Source of the DNA: Acidaminococcus sp.
Lineage (GTDB): Bacteria; Bacillota; Negativicutes; Acidaminococcales; Acidaminococcaceae
Direction of reading: 5' to 3'
DNA length: 64,000 bases
Assembly: GCA_022482815.1 (NCBI GenBank)
Contig: JAKVOM010000001.1
Coordinates: 1,630,946 to 1,694,945, forward strand
Shown: positions 20,065 through 31,778 of the stretch, in pieces
Numbering within the stretch: position 1 is the stretch's first letter
Layout of the letters: each line of letters opens with the position of its first letter
Notes under the pieces: model-generated
Told to the model about the DNA's origin: nothing
Database searches by the model: none
Seen by the model: the letters and a program-made list of their open reading frames with translations, nothing else
Position numbers and translations under genes: made by a program

Positions 20065-21900
20065 ATGATTAGAAACGATTTGCGTAACATTGCTATCATT
20101 GCCCACGTTGACCATGGTAAGACTACACTGGTTGACGCTATGCTGAAGCAGAGCCATGTCTTCCGTGCCAATGAAAAGGTACAGGAAAGAGTCATGGACT
20201 CCAATGATCAGGAAAGAGAACGCGGTATTACCATCCTGGCAAAAAACACGTCCGTCATGCATAATGGCACCAAAATCAACATCCTGGATACTCCGGGCCA
20301 TGCTGACTTTGGCGGCGAAGTAGAACGTGTGCTGAACATGGTTGATGGTGTTCTGCTCCTGGTTGATGCTTACGAAGGGCCTATGCCTCAGACCAAATAT
20401 GTACTGCGTAAAGCTTTGGAACATCATCTGAAGCCGATTGTAGTTATCAATAAAATTGACCGTCCTGATCAGAGAGTCGAAGAAGTCGTGGATGAAGTCC
20501 TTGACCTCTTTATCGAGCTGAACGCCAGTGATGATCAGCTGGACTTCCCGGTTGTTTACTGCTCTGCAAAGACCGGTGTAGCTAAGCTTTCCATGGATGA
20601 CGATAGTGATAACCTGGAACCGCTGTTCCAGACCATTCTGGATACGATTCCGGCACCTGATGTCGACGTCGATGCTCCGCTGCAGCTCCTTGTCAATACG
20701 CTGGACTATGACGATTATGTCGGCCGCATTGTTATCGGCCGTATCGTCCGCGGTACCATTCATAACGGCGAACAGATCTGCCTGATGCATGATGACAAGC
20801 GCACCAACGAAAAGATTGGGCGCCTGTACACCTATGAAGGCCTCAAGAGAGTCGAGACTCAGGAAGCTCAGGCCGGTGAAATCATCGCCTTGATCGGTCT
20901 GCAGGATGCAGAAATCGGTGATACCATTGCCGATGTGGAAAATCCTGAACAGCTCGCCGGCATCAAAGTCGATGAACCGACCCTGTCCATGACGTTCTCT
21001 GTCAACGACGGTCCTTTTGCCGGTCAGGAAGGCCACTTCATTACGAGCCGCCACATTCGTGAACGTCTGTACAAGGAAGTAGAAACCAACGTATCCATGA
21101 AAGTAGAAGATACGGATTCTCCTGATACCTTCAAGGTTTCCGGCCGTGGTGAACTGCACCTGTCCGTACTGATCGAAGCGATGAGAAGAGAAGGTTTCGA
21201 ACTGCAGGTTGGTAAACCGACCGTTATTATGCGCCGTGACAAGGACGGCAAGCTGCTCGAACCGATGGAAGCGCTGACCATCGATGTGCCGCAGGATTTC
21301 ATGGGCCCTGTGATGGAAGCCCTGGGTATCCGCAAGGCTGAACTGCAAAACATGACCGAAATGGCCGGTTATCTGAGAATGGAATTCATCATTCCGGCTC
21401 GTGGTCTGATCGGTTTCAGAAACCAGTTCCTGACCGATACTAAAGGCAACGGCATCATGAACCACGTATTTGCCGGCTGGGGCGCTTATAAGGGCGATAT
21501 CCCCGGTCGTACGAGAGGTTCCCTGGTTGCGTTCGAAGCCGGCGAAACGACGGCTTATGGTATTGATAAATGTCAGGCCAGAGGTACGATGTATGTCAGC
21601 CCGGGCGAACAAGTTTATGAAGGCCAGATTGTCGGCGAAAACAGCCGTGAAGATGATATGGACGTCAACCCCTGCAAGAAGAAGCATGTATCCAATATGC
21701 GTGCAGCTGGTTCCGATGAAGCCGTTCGTCTGATTCCGCCGCAGACCTTCTCTCTGGAAGGCGCTCTGGAACATATCAACGAAGATGAAACGGTTGAAGT
21801 CACTCCGAAGAGCATCCGTATGAGAAAGAAAGTCCTGTCCCGTCTGGATCGTGCCCGCGACAGAGCACGCAATGCCCGCGCTGTCAAAGCAGACGATTGA
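20065..21900 (+). CDS. typA: Translational GTPase TypA/BipA
   Basis: [52 protein letters not shown]. Confidence 0.97.
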   Translation: MIRNDLRNIAIIAHVDHGKTTLVDAMLKQSHVFRANEKVQERVMDSNDQERERGITILAKNTSVMHNGTKINILDTPGHADFGGEVERVLNMVDGVLLLVDAYEGPMPQTKYVLRKALEHHLKPIVVINKIDRPDQRVEEVVDEVLDLFIELNASDDQLDFPVVYCSAKTGVAKLSMDDDSDNLEPLFQTILDTIPAPDVDVDAPLQLLVNTLDYDDYVGRIVIGRIVRGTIHNGEQICLMHDDKRTNEKIGRLYTYEGLKRVETQEAQAGEIIALIGLQDAEIGDTIADVENPEQLAGIKVDEPTLSMTFSVNDGPFAGQEGHFITSRHIRERLYKEVETNVSMKVEDTDSPDTFKVSGRGELHLSVLIEAMRREGFELQVGKPTVIMRRDKDGKLLEPMEALTIDVPQDFMGPVMEALGIRKAELQNMTEMAGYLRMEFIIPARGLIGFRNQFLTDTKGNGIMNHVFAGWGAYKGDIPGRTRGSLVAFEAGETTAYGIDKCQARGTMYVSPGEQVYEGQIVGENSREDDMDVNPCKKKHVSNMRAAGSDEAVRLIPPQTFSLEGALEHINEDETVEVTPKSIRMRKKVLSRLDRARDRARNARAVKADD

Positions 21901-21940
21901 TGAGAATTTGGTTTCCCTGTAAGCAAAGGAGGGATGTCCC

Positions 21941-22255
21941 GTGCAAGATGGAGCAAGTTATGGCTATGATGAGGAACGCCGGTATGGTTCCGGTTCTCTG
22001 CATGTGCTTTCCCGGCCAACCCTTCGGATGGCGCTGAGAGTTCCGGATTCAATTGACAGAATCATGAAGTACGGGGAACTCATTGTGGAAGGAAACGCCT
22101 TGCTTGTAGATTATTCCGAGCTCAGTGATGACCTTGCCGTCCGCGCTATGGACTATCTTTCCGGTGTGGCTTACGCAGTCGATGCGACGGAAACCGAAAT
22201 TACCATTAACGTCATTCTTTATATGCCCCGAGGGGCAGAAACAATTAAAGGCTAA
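21941..22255 (+). CDS. sepF: Cell division protein SepF-like
   Basis: Resembles the SepF C-terminal domain (RAMDYLSGVAYAVD); GGAGG RBS. Confidence 0.7.
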   Translation: MQDGASYGYDEERRYGSGSLHVLSRPTLRMALRVPDSIDRIMKYGELIVEGNALLVDYSELSDDLAVRAMDYLSGVAYAVDATETEITINVILYMPRGAETIKG

Positions 22256-22264
22256 GAAGTTAGC

Positions 22265-22301
22265 AGCACCTGTTTTTCCCAGTGAAGAACAGGTGCTCTT
22301 T
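22265..22301 (+). terminator. Terminator after sepF
   Basis: AGCACCTGTT...AACAGGTGCT followed by CTTT. Confidence 0.65.
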
Positions 22302-22318
22302 GTAGTATAATATAAAGA

Positions 22319-22428
22319 CGCTGGTCGCGGGTCGCCACTGGTGGAAGCAAACCGATAATCGGTTTGCAAAAACGCAGTTCGCGGTTTGCAGGTCGGACTG
22401 GAGGAGGCAAACTGCATGGCAGTTTGCA
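22319..22428 (+). repeat. (nnGTCGC)n plus GCAAAC..GTTTGC palindrome element, upstream flank of the four-helix-bundle gene
   Basis: Two heptamer+hairpin sub-units. Confidence 0.8.
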
Positions 22429-22588
22429 GTGAATAAAGGAAACCAGTCACACCCTGTGAAATAAAGTGTTTCGATCTGCAAAAATCAATAAGCGCACTCA
22501 CTGCCGATTATCGGCGGGTTATGTATAGAAAAACTACTAAATCTAAACAACATTTACAGTAATTAGTTGCAGAAAGAGTGATAATATC

Positions 22589-22954
22589 ATGGGCATCAAA
22601 AATCATCGCGATTTTGAAGTCTGGAATCGAGCTATGGATTTAGGCGAAGAAATTTATCGTTTGACCAAACTCCTTCCTGATGAAGAAAAATACGCAATGT
22701 CCAGCCAATTAAGGAGAGCATCAATTTCAGTGCCTTCCAATATTGCTGAAGGCAAAGAGAGACATTCAGATAGAGAATTTCTCCATTTCTTAAATTTTGC
22801 CGGCGGCTCAGTTGCCGAACTGGATACACAGTTAAGACTGGGCGTTCGTGTCGGCTTGTTTACAGAGTGTGATGTTGAAAAAGCATTAGACTTGTGTACA
22901 CATGTTAAGATGATGCTAAATGCGTTGATTCGCAGAATATCTTCAGATTTGTGA
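22589..22954 (+). CDS. Four helix bundle protein (23S rRNA IVS protein/Avd-like family)
   Basis: HRDFEVW..AMDL, P.EEKY...SQLRRAS.SVPSNIAEG, EF..FL..A.GS..ELDTQL signature; AT-rich codons. Confidence 0.92.
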   Translation: MGIKNHRDFEVWNRAMDLGEEIYRLTKLLPDEEKYAMSSQLRRASISVPSNIAEGKERHSDREFLHFLNFAGGSVAELDTQLRLGVRVGLFTECDVEKALDLCTHVKMMLNALIRRISSDL

Positions 22955-23043
22955 CTAGCAAAATAGCAAGATAAAAGTGCTATTCAGAAGTACTAAAAAA
23001 TATTAAAAAAGCCAGGAGCTGAATGCGACTGGCAACCTACAGA

Positions 23044-23108
23044 GCGACGCGCGACCAGCGACGTGCGACCCGCGAAATAGAAGCTAACAAATCGCTTTGC
23101 GATTTGGC
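23044..23108 (-). repeat. Inverted (GCGACnn)n heptamer array plus palindrome, downstream flank of the four-helix-bundle gene
   Basis: GCGACCAGCG and GCGACCCGCGA are exact reverse complements of 22319-22328 and 22325-22335. Confidence 0.8.
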
Positions 23109-23130
23109 TTGATTAAGTAAGGAGTTATTC

Positions 23131-26100
23131 ATGTCCGATCAGTTTGTTCATTTACATACGCATACGCAGTACAGCCTGCTTGATGGGGCGTGCCGTATTC
23201 CTGAACTTGTGCAGTTTGCCAAGGAGCAGGGGATGCCGGCACTTGCCATCACCGACCATGGTGTGATGTACGGCGTTATCGAATTCTATCGGGAATGCGT
23301 AAAAAATGATATCAAGCCGATTATCGGCTGCGAAGTCTATATTACGTCCGGTTCCCGTCACAAAAAGAACCTGGAATCCCGCGGCAAACTGTATCATTTG
23401 ATTCTTCTCGCTGAAAACAGGACGGGATACCAGAATTTGATGAAACTGGTCTCTATCGGTCAGGTGGAAGGGTTCTATTATAAACCCCGTATCGATAAGG
23501 AAGTTCTCCGCAAGTACCATGAGGGACTTATCTGCCTGAGCGCCTGTGTGGCCGGTGAAGTGCCTCGCCACATCGTGCGCGGGGAACTGGAGACTGCCGA
23601 AAAAGTCATGCTGGAATACCTGGACATTTTCGGGCCGGACCATTATTATCTCGAAATCCAGAATCACGGTCTGCCGGAAGAAAAAACGGTTTCCGCCGAA
23701 CTGCATCGCCTTGCGGCTAAGCACCACGTGAAACTCGTGGCGACGAACGACCTTCACTATGTGAAAAAGGAAGATGCCGCCGGTCAGGATATGCTGCTCT
23801 GCATCCAGACGGGCGCGCATTACCTTGAACCGGACCGCATGCGGTTCAACAACGACTCTTACTATTTGAAGAGCCGGGAAGAAATGGAAGCTATCTTCCC
23901 CGATGATCAGGAAGCTCTCGATAATACGCTGGAAATTGCGCAGCGCTGTGATCTGACGCTTGAATTCGGACATCTCCTGCTGCCGGAATTTCCGCTCCCC
24001 GAAGGGGAAACTTCTATGGATTCCTACTTGCGCAAGCTGTGCGAAAAAGGTTTTGGCGAGCTTTATCCCAATGATGACGGCACGGCTAAAAAGCGCATGG
24101 AATACGAGCTCGGCATCATCAAGCAGATGGGGTATTCTGGATATTTCCTGATTGTCTGGGATTTCATCAATTACTGCCGTACACACGACATTCCTGTCGG
24201 ACCCGGCAGAGGCAGTGCCGCCGGCAGTATTGTGGCGTATCTTACGGGAATCACGGATATCGATCCCCTGAAATATAATCTTATTTTTGAACGTTTCCTT
24301 AATCCGGAACGCGTGAGCATGCCGGATATTGATACGGATATTGACTACGTGAAGCGTCACCTCGTCGTGGAATATCTGGCAAAAAAATACGGCGAAAGCC
24401 ATGTCGCTCAGATTGTGACGTTCGGTACGCTGGCAGCCAAAGCGGCTGTCAAGGATGTCGGAAGGGCTTTGGAAATCCCGCTTAATGTGGTGAACCAGGT
24501 CAATAAACTCATTCCTAACACGCCGGGTACGACACTGCAAGGCGCTATTGAGGGCAGTAAGGAACTGGCCCAGATGCGGGACGAGAACCCCAGCATTGCC
24601 CAGCTCCTCAATTTTGCCGAGCGCGTCGAAGGTATGCCGCGTCATACGTCGACCCACGCGGCAGGCGTTGTCATCACGCCGGGTAAACTGACGGACTATG
24701 TGCCGCTCCAGATTACGTCGAGCAGTGACGACGACCATGAATATATCTGCACGCAGTATGATAAAGATTGTTCCGAATCCCTGGGCCTTCTGAAGATGGA
24801 TCTTCTGGGTCTTCGGACCCTGACCGTCATTGATGACTGCATCAAGATGGTGAAGAAGAACCAGGGCATCGATATTGATATCAGGCACATTGACCTGGCC
24901 GATCCGAAGACCTGTAAAATGCTTTGTGACGGTGATACGGCCGCCGTGTTCCAGATGGAATCGAACGGCATGACGCGCCTCATGAAACAGCTGGCTCCGG
25001 AAAATATGGCAGACCTCATTCCGCTGGTTGCCCTCTACCGCCCGGGCCCTCTGGGCAGCGGCATGGCAGAGGACTTCATTGCCGGCCGTCACGGCAAACG
25101 GACAGCAAAGGTGCTGCATCCTCTGATGGAGCCCATTGTCGCCGATACGTACGGCGTCATCCTGTACCAGGAACAGGTTATGCAGATTGTGTCCGCACTG
25201 GCTGGTTTTACCCTCGGCGAAGCTGATATTCTTCGCCGTGCCATGGGAAAAAAGAAAGCCGCACTCCTGGACAGCATGAAGGAAAAATTCATCGACGGCG
25301 CTGCCAAGTGCCACCAGATTGAGCGTCCTCTTGCCGAGCAGATTTTCGCTTTGCTGCAGCACTTTGCCGGTTACGGCTTCAACAAATCCCACTCGGCGGC
25401 ATATGCCCTCGTGGCCTATCAGACCGCGTATCTGAAGGCGAACTTCCCTGTCGAATATATGGCAGCGTTCCTCAACAGCGTGATTACCGTGGCAGAAAAA
25501 GTCAGCTGGTATATCAACGTCTGCAAGGACATGGGCATCAAGGTGCTGCCGCCCGATATCAACACGAGTGAAGCCGGTTTTTCTGTCGACGGAAAGACCA
25601 TTCGCTTCGGTCTCGGCGCTATCAAGAGCGTCGGCGACGCCGCCGTTGATGTCATTTTGGAAGAACGGGAAAAGAACGGCCCGTTCAAAGATTTCTTCGA
25701 TTTTGCCAACCGCGTCGATATGACTAAAGTCAACAAACGCGTCGTGGAAAATCTCATTAAGAGCGGTTCCATGGATACTTTCCATCTGAAACGCTCGCAG
25801 CTCCTTGCCATTATGGACCAGGTCCTTGATGCGGCCGCACTGAATCAGAAAGACCGTATGATGGGAGCGATTGGTCTCTTCGGGGATGAAGAACAGCAGC
25901 AGGCGACGATGATACCGATTCCGGATCTGCCGGAGATCCCGAAGGAGGAAATCCTGCGCCTTGAAAAAGAGTTGATTGGTTTTTATGTGACGGGACACCC
26001 TCTCGAGGAATACCGGGCGGCGCTCTCCGCGATGACGCCGATTGCCCGCTGCACCGACGAAAACTTCCGTGACGGCGACCGCATCGACGTTGGGGGCATT

Positions 26101-26553
26101 ATTTCCGATCTGCGGGTGCGTACGACGAAAGCCGGGGAACAGATGGCCGTGTTTACCCTGGAAGATCTCAGCGGATCCATCCAGGTCATTGCCTTCCCGC
26201 GTACTTACGTGGCGAGCCGTGCCAATATTGACACCGATAAGATTGTGTCGGTCTTTGGCATGCTCAAATTCGATGAGGAATCACCCCGTATCTTTGCAAA
26301 CAAGGTGGAACCGCTGCGGCAAGCCGGAAGCGGCGTTCATCTCTATATCCACAAAGGACGGAATACGGCCGGCGTACAGCATCAGCTGTCAGCCATTTTT
26401 GCCGCCTATCACGGACATAATCCGGTGTACCTCCATGTGGAAGATACCCGCCGGATTATCCGGACAAATCCCCAGTTCTGGGTGGACAGCGATGCTCCCG
26501 GATTTTCCGACGCCATTACGAAAGTGCTTGGCGAAGGCGCGATAAAGGGGTAA
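23131..26553 (+). CDS. dnaE: DNA polymerase III alpha subunit
   Basis: PHP domain HLHTHTQYSLLDG, GPGRGSAAGS, MPDIDTD, KMDLLGL, YGFNKSHSAAY, OB fold. Confidence 0.98.
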   Translation: MSDQFVHLHTHTQYSLLDGACRIPELVQFAKEQGMPALAITDHGVMYGVIEFYRECVKNDIKPIIGCEVYITSGSRHKKNLESRGKLYHLILLAENRTGYQNLMKLVSIGQVEGFYYKPRIDKEVLRKYHEGLICLSACVAGEVPRHIVRGELETAEKVMLEYLDIFGPDHYYLEIQNHGLPEEKTVSAELHRLAAKHHVKLVATNDLHYVKKEDAAGQDMLLCIQTGAHYLEPDRMRFNNDSYYLKSREEMEAIFPDDQEALDNTLEIAQRCDLTLEFGHLLLPEFPLPEGETSMDSYLRKLCEKGFGELYPNDDGTAKKRMEYELGIIKQMGYSGYFLIVWDFINYCRTHDIPVGPGRGSAAGSIVAYLTGITDIDPLKYNLIFERFLNPERVSMPDIDTDIDYVKRHLVVEYLAKKYGESHVAQIVTFGTLAAKAAVKDVGRALEIPLNVVNQVNKLIPNTPGTTLQGAIEGSKELAQMRDENPSIAQLLNFAERVEGMPRHTSTHAAGVVITPGKLTDYVPLQITSSSDDDHEYICTQYDKDCSESLGLLKMDLLGLRTLTVIDDCIKMVKKNQGIDIDIRHIDLADPKTCKMLCDGDTAAVFQMESNGMTRLMKQLAPENMADLIPLVALYRPGPLGSGMAEDFIAGRHGKRTAKVLHPLMEPIVADTYGVILYQEQVMQIVSALAGFTLGEADILRRAMGKKKAALLDSMKEKFIDGAAKCHQIERPLAEQIFALLQHFAGYGFNKSHSAAYALVAYQTAYLKANFPVEYMAAFLNSVITVAEKVSWYINVCKDMGIKVLPPDINTSEAGFSVDGKTIRFGLGAIKSVGDAAVDVILEEREKNGPFKDFFDFANRVDMTKVNKRVVENLIKSGSMDTFHLKRSQLLAIMDQVLDAAALNQKDRMMGAIGLFGDEEQQQATMIPIPDLPEIPKEEILRLEKELIGFYVTGHPLEEYRAALSAMTPIARCTDENFRDGDRIDVGGIISDLRVRTTKAGEQMAVFTLEDLSGSIQVIAFPRTYVASRANIDTDKIVSVFGMLKFDEESPRIFANKVEPLRQAGSGVHLYIHKGRNTAGVQHQLSAIFAAYHGHNPVYLHVEDTRRIIRTNPQFWVDSDAPGFSDAITKVLGEGAIKG

Positions 26554-26554
26554 A

Positions 26555-26875
26555 GGCCGCGGGTCGCGTGTCGCAGGTCGCACCGTATGTAGCAAACCGG
26601 CAGGCGGTTTGCAGGAATTAAAAAGGTAACTACGGCCTGCGAACTTCCTCAAGAATCCGCCAAGGTGGCTGTTTGCACGGGTGTACTAACCCCTAGTCAC
26701 TTAACCGCTAACCACTTTAAGATGAGGCTAAAAGCCAAATGCCAAATGCCAAATGCGCCTTTGCTCTTTAAGCAAGCCGATTAAAAATATTATTGCGGTT
26801 GTACTAACCACTTGCCACAAACCACTATCCACTTTTAACTAGGCTAAAAGCCATATGCTAAACGCTAAAAGCGAT
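26555..26875 (+). repeat. Composite heptamer element: GTCGC-hairpin left part, AAGAATCC core, CTAACCA and GCTAAAA/GCCAAAT heptamers
   Basis: All heptamer sub-families occur in order between dnaE and the U32 gene. Confidence 0.85.
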
Positions 26876-26920
26876 TTTATTCTTAAATTTCCATTTTCAC
26901 TGAATCATTAAGGAGAACTC

Positions 26921-29386
26921 ATGCGTAAAGAAGACGTTGAATTACTTTCCCCGGCGGGAACCGGGGAAGCTATGGAAGCGGCCGTCAATGCCGGTGCCGA
27001 TGCCGTATACCTTGGCGGGACCGCCTTTGGTGCCCGTCAGTATGCAGAAAATTTCGGCCCCGAAGAAATGCAGCGTGCCGTTCATTTTGTCCACCTTCAT
27101 AACGTACGAATCTACGTGACCGTCAATACGCTGGTGCGGGATGATGAACTGCCTGCGCTGGGCGAGTACGTCACGTTCCTCAGCAATATCGGCGTTGACG
27201 GCATTATTGTGCAGGACGTGGGCATCATCCGTATCTGCCGCAATGCCGTGCCGGAACTGGAACTTCACGCCAGCACCCAGATGACCGTGACGAACTCGGC
27301 AGGAGCCGTTTTTGCCTACCATCAGGGCATGCCGCGTTCCGTTATTGCCCGCGAAACGTCGCTGAAGGATATGAAGAAAGTTTGTGAGACCACACCGGGT
27401 GAAATCGAAGCTTTCATGCACGGTGCACTCTGCGTCTGCTATTCCGGCCAGTGCCTCATGAGCAGCCTCATCGGCGGCCGCAGCGGGAACCGGGGCCGTT
27501 GTGCCCAGCCCTGCCGCCTGCCTTATACGCTGGTAAACGGGGAAGGCAAGGATATGCTGGCCCATGTGGATGCCGGTCATTATCTCTTAAGCCCGAAAGA
27601 CATGAATACGCTTGATGTCCTGCCGGAACTTCTGGAAACGGGCGTCCGTTCCTTCAAGATTGAAGGGCGCATGAAACGGCCGGAATATGTGGCCGTCGTG
27701 ACGGATATTTACCGCCGCGCTATCGACAGCTATTTTGCCGGACACTATCACGTGCCTGAGGAAGACCGCGCCAATATCGAGCAGATCTTTAACCGTGACT
27801 TTACGACGGCTTACATGAAAGGGCGTCCGGGCCGTACCATGATGAGCGACCGCCGTCCGAATAACCGCGGCGTCCTGCTGGGGCGAGTGACGGGATTTTC
27901 AAAAGATCATCACCAGGGCACTGTTAAACTTGACAAGGACCTCCATTTGGGCGATGGCCTGGAATTCTGGGTCAGTGTCGGCGGCCGCGTCGGGACGACC
28001 GTAGAAAAGATGACCGTAAATGGTCAGGAAACAGCCGTGGCCCGTGCCGGTGAGCAGGTGACCATCGACGTGCCGAAGGGCATTCGCATGAATGACCGCG
28101 TCTTCCGCACGTATGACAATAAATTGATGCAGTATGCAGCCCAGTTCTTCGGGGAGCACCATAAGCACAGAATTCCCCTTGATTTTTATGTGACGGCGCA
28201 TCTTGGCCAGCCCATGTCCATTGTGGTGACCGACTCCGATGGTCACAGCGGGGAAGGCAAGACGGACTTTATCGTCGAAAAGGCGCGCAAGCATGCCCTT
28301 GATGAAGCGGCCGTCAGAAAACAGGTCGACCGCCTGGGTACGACGGAATTCAGCGTAGGCCAGCTCATCCTCGACGTGGATGAGGGCGTCATGGTGCCGA
28401 TGAGTGAAATCAACGAAGCTCGCCGCGTGGCCGTAGAAGCCTTGGAAAAACAGCGGACCAGTGAATTCCGTCCGCCGCGTAAGCAAGTGACCTGGAACAA
28501 TCGCTATCTGGAGCAGCCTGTCAACCATTCGCTGCGCCAGCACAGTGAGATTTCTGTCCATGTGGATACACTTGAAAAGGCCAGGGTGGCGCTCGAAGCC
28601 GGGGCCGATGTGCTCATTGTCGGCGGGGACAGCTACTCGCTGCCGCTCCTTACGGCTAAAGATTATGAGACGATTGCAGGCTGGGTGAAAGACCAGGGGA
28701 AGAAATGGGTCGCTGCGACGTCCCGCATTGTGAGCGAAGGACAGCTCGGCTATTTCAGGAATGCCATCAACCAGTGGAGCGCGCTCAATCCGGACGGCAT
28801 CCTTGCCGCCAATAACGGCCTCATTGAAATGATTACGGCCGCCGGAGCGCCTCTTTATATCGATTACGACCTTAATGCTTTTAACAGCCAGAGCATCCTC
28901 TTCTGGCAGGAATGCGGTGCCAAAGGAATTACGCTCTCTCCTGAGTTGACGCTGGCTCAGGTCGGAGATCTAGTCAAAAAGTCGGCCCTTCCAATCGAAT
29001 GCCTGGTGGAAGGCTCCCTCGAAATGATGGTTTCCGAATACTGCGTCACGGGGAGCTTCCTCGGCCATCTGGATCAGGGCAAGTGCACCTTTAACTGCCG
29101 GGAACAGGCGTACCTGGAAGACCGGAAGAAAGAGCGCTTCCCGCTGAAACAGGATCAGTTCGGCCGCACGCATATCCTGAACGGCCATCCGCTTTCCATG
29201 CTGGCCCATGCCAGGAACATGGAAAAGATGGGTATTGCCCGCCTGCGCATCGACGGCCGCAGCTTAACGGCTGAAGAAGTCGGTACCCTGACGGCTCTTT
29301 ATAAAGGCGTGCTGCAGGGCGATACGATTGTCGAAGAAAATCGTCCCCATACGACACGGGGGCATTATTTCAGAGGTGTCTTGTAA
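26921..29386 (+). CDS. U32 family protein with DUF3656 (RlhA-like rRNA hydroxylation / collagenase-like family)
   Basis: ELLSPAG, GADAVYLG, ELHASTQ, HGALCVCYSGQC, NRGRCAQPCR, KIEGRMK; C-terminal TRGHYFRGV. Confidence 0.9.
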   Translation: MRKEDVELLSPAGTGEAMEAAVNAGADAVYLGGTAFGARQYAENFGPEEMQRAVHFVHLHNVRIYVTVNTLVRDDELPALGEYVTFLSNIGVDGIIVQDVGIIRICRNAVPELELHASTQMTVTNSAGAVFAYHQGMPRSVIARETSLKDMKKVCETTPGEIEAFMHGALCVCYSGQCLMSSLIGGRSGNRGRCAQPCRLPYTLVNGEGKDMLAHVDAGHYLLSPKDMNTLDVLPELLETGVRSFKIEGRMKRPEYVAVVTDIYRRAIDSYFAGHYHVPEEDRANIEQIFNRDFTTAYMKGRPGRTMMSDRRPNNRGVLLGRVTGFSKDHHQGTVKLDKDLHLGDGLEFWVSVGGRVGTTVEKMTVNGQETAVARAGEQVTIDVPKGIRMNDRVFRTYDNKLMQYAAQFFGEHHKHRIPLDFYVTAHLGQPMSIVVTDSDGHSGEGKTDFIVEKARKHALDEAAVRKQVDRLGTTEFSVGQLILDVDEGVMVPMSEINEARRVAVEALEKQRTSEFRPPRKQVTWNNRYLEQPVNHSLRQHSEISVHVDTLEKARVALEAGADVLIVGGDSYSLPLLTAKDYETIAGWVKDQGKKWVAATSRIVSEGQLGYFRNAINQWSALNPDGILAANNGLIEMITAAGAPLYIDYDLNAFNSQSILFWQECGAKGITLSPELTLAQVGDLVKKSALPIECLVEGSLEMMVSEYCVTGSFLGHLDQGKCTFNCREQAYLEDRKKERFPLKQDQFGRTHILNGHPLSMLAHARNMEKMGIARLRIDGRSLTAEEVGTLTALYKGVLQGDTIVEENRPHTTRGHYFRGVL

Positions 29387-31758
29387 TGCCAAAATTTGCT
29401 GTCAATACGCTGGAATTCGATAAAGTAAAGAGCAGGCTGGCCCAGGAAGCCGGTACGACGCTGGGCCAGAAGCTTGCGATGGAGCTTCAGAGTTCCTCCG
29501 ATTTTGAAATTGTAAAAAGAATGCAGGAAGAAACGGCGGAAGCCACCCGCATCTTTGATGAGGGAAAACGCATTCCTTTGGGCGGTATCACCGATATTTC
29601 GGGCCTTGTCAAACGGGCCCGCGTCGGCAGCGTGCTCGATCCGGAAGAATTCAAGGCGGTCAACGATGCCATTGCGGGCATGAAAGACCTGAAGGATTTT
29701 CTCCTCGAAGAACGGGAAACAGCGCCGGCTCTTGCCACATATGCCGAAGATCTGGCTGATTTTTCCCGCCTTGCCAAGCAGCTTGCAAGCGTACTTGATG
29801 AAAAGGGGGAAATCAAGGATTCGGCGTCCGTGAAACTTGCGGGACTGCGGACGGGTATCCTCGTCGCGAAGAACCGCGTAAAGGATAAACTGACGGATAT
29901 CCTTCATGATCCCAATAACCAGAAATATTTCCAGGATGCGCTCGTGACGATGCGTGAGGACCGGTACGTTATCCCGATTAAACAGGAATACCGGCTGAAT
30001 TTCCCCGGTATCGTTCATGACCAGTCTTCCAGCGGGGCCACGCTCTTCATCGAACCGATGGCGGTTGTGAACCTCAATAACGACATTAAAAAGTACGTCT
30101 TGGAAGAACGGACGGAAGTGGAGCGCATCCTGCGTTCCCTGACGAGCCACGTAGGGGCTGAGTCTGACAATATCCTCGAGTCCCTCGATGTGACGGCGGA
30201 AATCGACATCATTGCTGCCAAAGCAATGTATGGTCATAAGCTCCATGCCCGCCGGCCCATGATGGTGACGGGGCGAACCCTCCGCATTGCCAAGGGCCGT
30301 CATCCGCTGCTCAACCAGGAAACGCTTGTGCCGCTCGATATTACGCTGGGCGAGAAATTCTCGACGCTTCTTATTACCGGTCCGAATACGGGCGGTAAAA
30401 CGGTGGCCTTAAAGACGGTCGGCCTTTTTGCCCTGATGGCGCAGGCCGGACTCTTTATTCCGGCAGAAGAAGCCGTGCTGCCGGTCTTCGGCGGTGTTTA
30501 TGCCGATATCGGCGATGAACAGAGCATCGAGCAGAGCCTCTCCACGTTTTCCGGTCACATGAAGAATATGATTTCCATTCTGACGAGTGTGAACGACAAG
30601 GACTTGGTGCTCGTCGATGAAATCTGCGTCGGGACCGACCCGACGGAAGGCGCGGCCCTCGCCATGTCCATGATTGAATATCTTTATGATCGTCACGTCC
30701 TCACCATTGTGACGACGCACTACAGTGAACTGAAAACCTTTGCCTATGAGCATGAAGGCATGGAAAATGCCAGCGTGGAATTTAATCCGGAAACGCTGCG
30801 TCCGACCTACCGCCTCCTCATGGGTGTTCCGGGCAGCAGTAATGCCTTCTATATTTCCCAGCGTCTGGGATTGCCGCAGGAAATCCTGGACGGTGCCAAG
30901 ACGTATATCAGTGAACGCCACAGCAATATGGAAACGGTGCTGCAGAACCTTGAAGGGGAGCGGCGCGAGTATGAAAACCGCAAGGATGAAATCGAATCCC
31001 TGCGCATCGAAACCGAATCGCTGCGCAACCAGCTGCGGGCCGAGAAGAATCGTCTGGAATCAAGCCGCAATGCCATCTTGCGCAAGGCACGTGAAGAAGC
31101 TGACGAACTCTACCGTAATGCCCGCCGCGAAAGTACGGCTATCCTGAAGGAACTGCGGGCGAACCAGGACCTTGTCGAAAGTGCCCGCGTCGAAAAGCTC
31201 GCCGAAATGTCACGGAAAGCGCTGAATAAAAACTTCTCTCTTTCCGGAAAACCCGTACCGGAAGGGCAGGGGCTTACAAGCGGCAACGTGGCTGTCGGCA
31301 AACGCGTCTATGTCAAAACGCTTGGACAATACGGCAAGGTTACTGCCATTAACGGACGTGATATTACAGTTGCAATCGGTGCCATGAAGATGAATGTGGC
31401 CATGAAGGACTGCATCCTGACTAAGGATCAGCCGACACCGCCGCAAAAGACGCACCGCACGCTGCGCAAGGGCGGCAGCCAGAAGCACGACCTCTTTGTC
31501 AGCAAGGCACAGAGCACATCTGTACAGATTGATGTGCGCGGCAAGACCGTGGATGAAGCCATTCCTTACGTCGATAAAGCCATTGATGACGCCCTGCTCG
31601 CCGGGATGGACCGATTCCGTCTCGTGCATGGCAAGGGTACGGGCATGCTGAGAAAAGGCCTTTTGGAATATCTGAGCCAGCATCCGAACGTCAGCAAGAC
31701 CGAAATGGCGCCGCTTAACGAAGGCGGTTTCGGGGCCACGATTGTTTATGTCAAGTAA
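29386..31758 (+). CDS. mutS2: Endonuclease MutS2
   Basis: [33 protein letters not shown]-terminal Smr domain with HGKGTG. Confidence 0.97.
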   Translation: MPKFAVNTLEFDKVKSRLAQEAGTTLGQKLAMELQSSSDFEIVKRMQEETAEATRIFDEGKRIPLGGITDISGLVKRARVGSVLDPEEFKAVNDAIAGMKDLKDFLLEERETAPALATYAEDLADFSRLAKQLASVLDEKGEIKDSASVKLAGLRTGILVAKNRVKDKLTDILHDPNNQKYFQDALVTMREDRYVIPIKQEYRLNFPGIVHDQSSSGATLFIEPMAVVNLNNDIKKYVLEERTEVERILRSLTSHVGAESDNILESLDVTAEIDIIAAKAMYGHKLHARRPMMVTGRTLRIAKGRHPLLNQETLVPLDITLGEKFSTLLITGPNTGGKTVALKTVGLFALMAQAGLFIPAEEAVLPVFGGVYADIGDEQSIEQSLSTFSGHMKNMISILTSVNDKDLVLVDEICVGTDPTEGAALAMSMIEYLYDRHVLTIVTTHYSELKTFAYEHEGMENASVEFNPETLRPTYRLLMGVPGSSNAFYISQRLGLPQEILDGAKTYISERHSNMETVLQNLEGERREYENRKDEIESLRIETESLRNQLRAEKNRLESSRNAILRKAREEADELYRNARRESTAILKELRANQDLVESARVEKLAEMSRKALNKNFSLSGKPVPEGQGLTSGNVAVGKRVYVKTLGQYGKVTAINGRDITVAIGAMKMNVAMKDCILTKDQPTPPQKTHRTLRKGGSQKHDLFVSKAQSTSVQIDVRGKTVDEAIPYVDKAIDDALLAGMDRFRLVHGKGTGMLRKGLLEYLSQHPNVSKTEMAPLNEGGFGATIVYVK

Positions 31759-31778
31759 ATAGGAGAGGCGGGAATAGA

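Noticed and set aside
19930-21774. Long antisense ORFs (also 1040-2311, 17164-19464, 23152-25998, 59786-61831 and others)
   Set aside because: Shadow frames opposite well-conserved genes, with no RBS or family motifs; expected from codon bias.
22589-22954. Diversity-generating retroelement or 23S rRNA intervening sequence
   Set aside because: No reverse transcriptase, no TR/VR pair with adenine-specific mismatches, and no rRNA sequence nearby.
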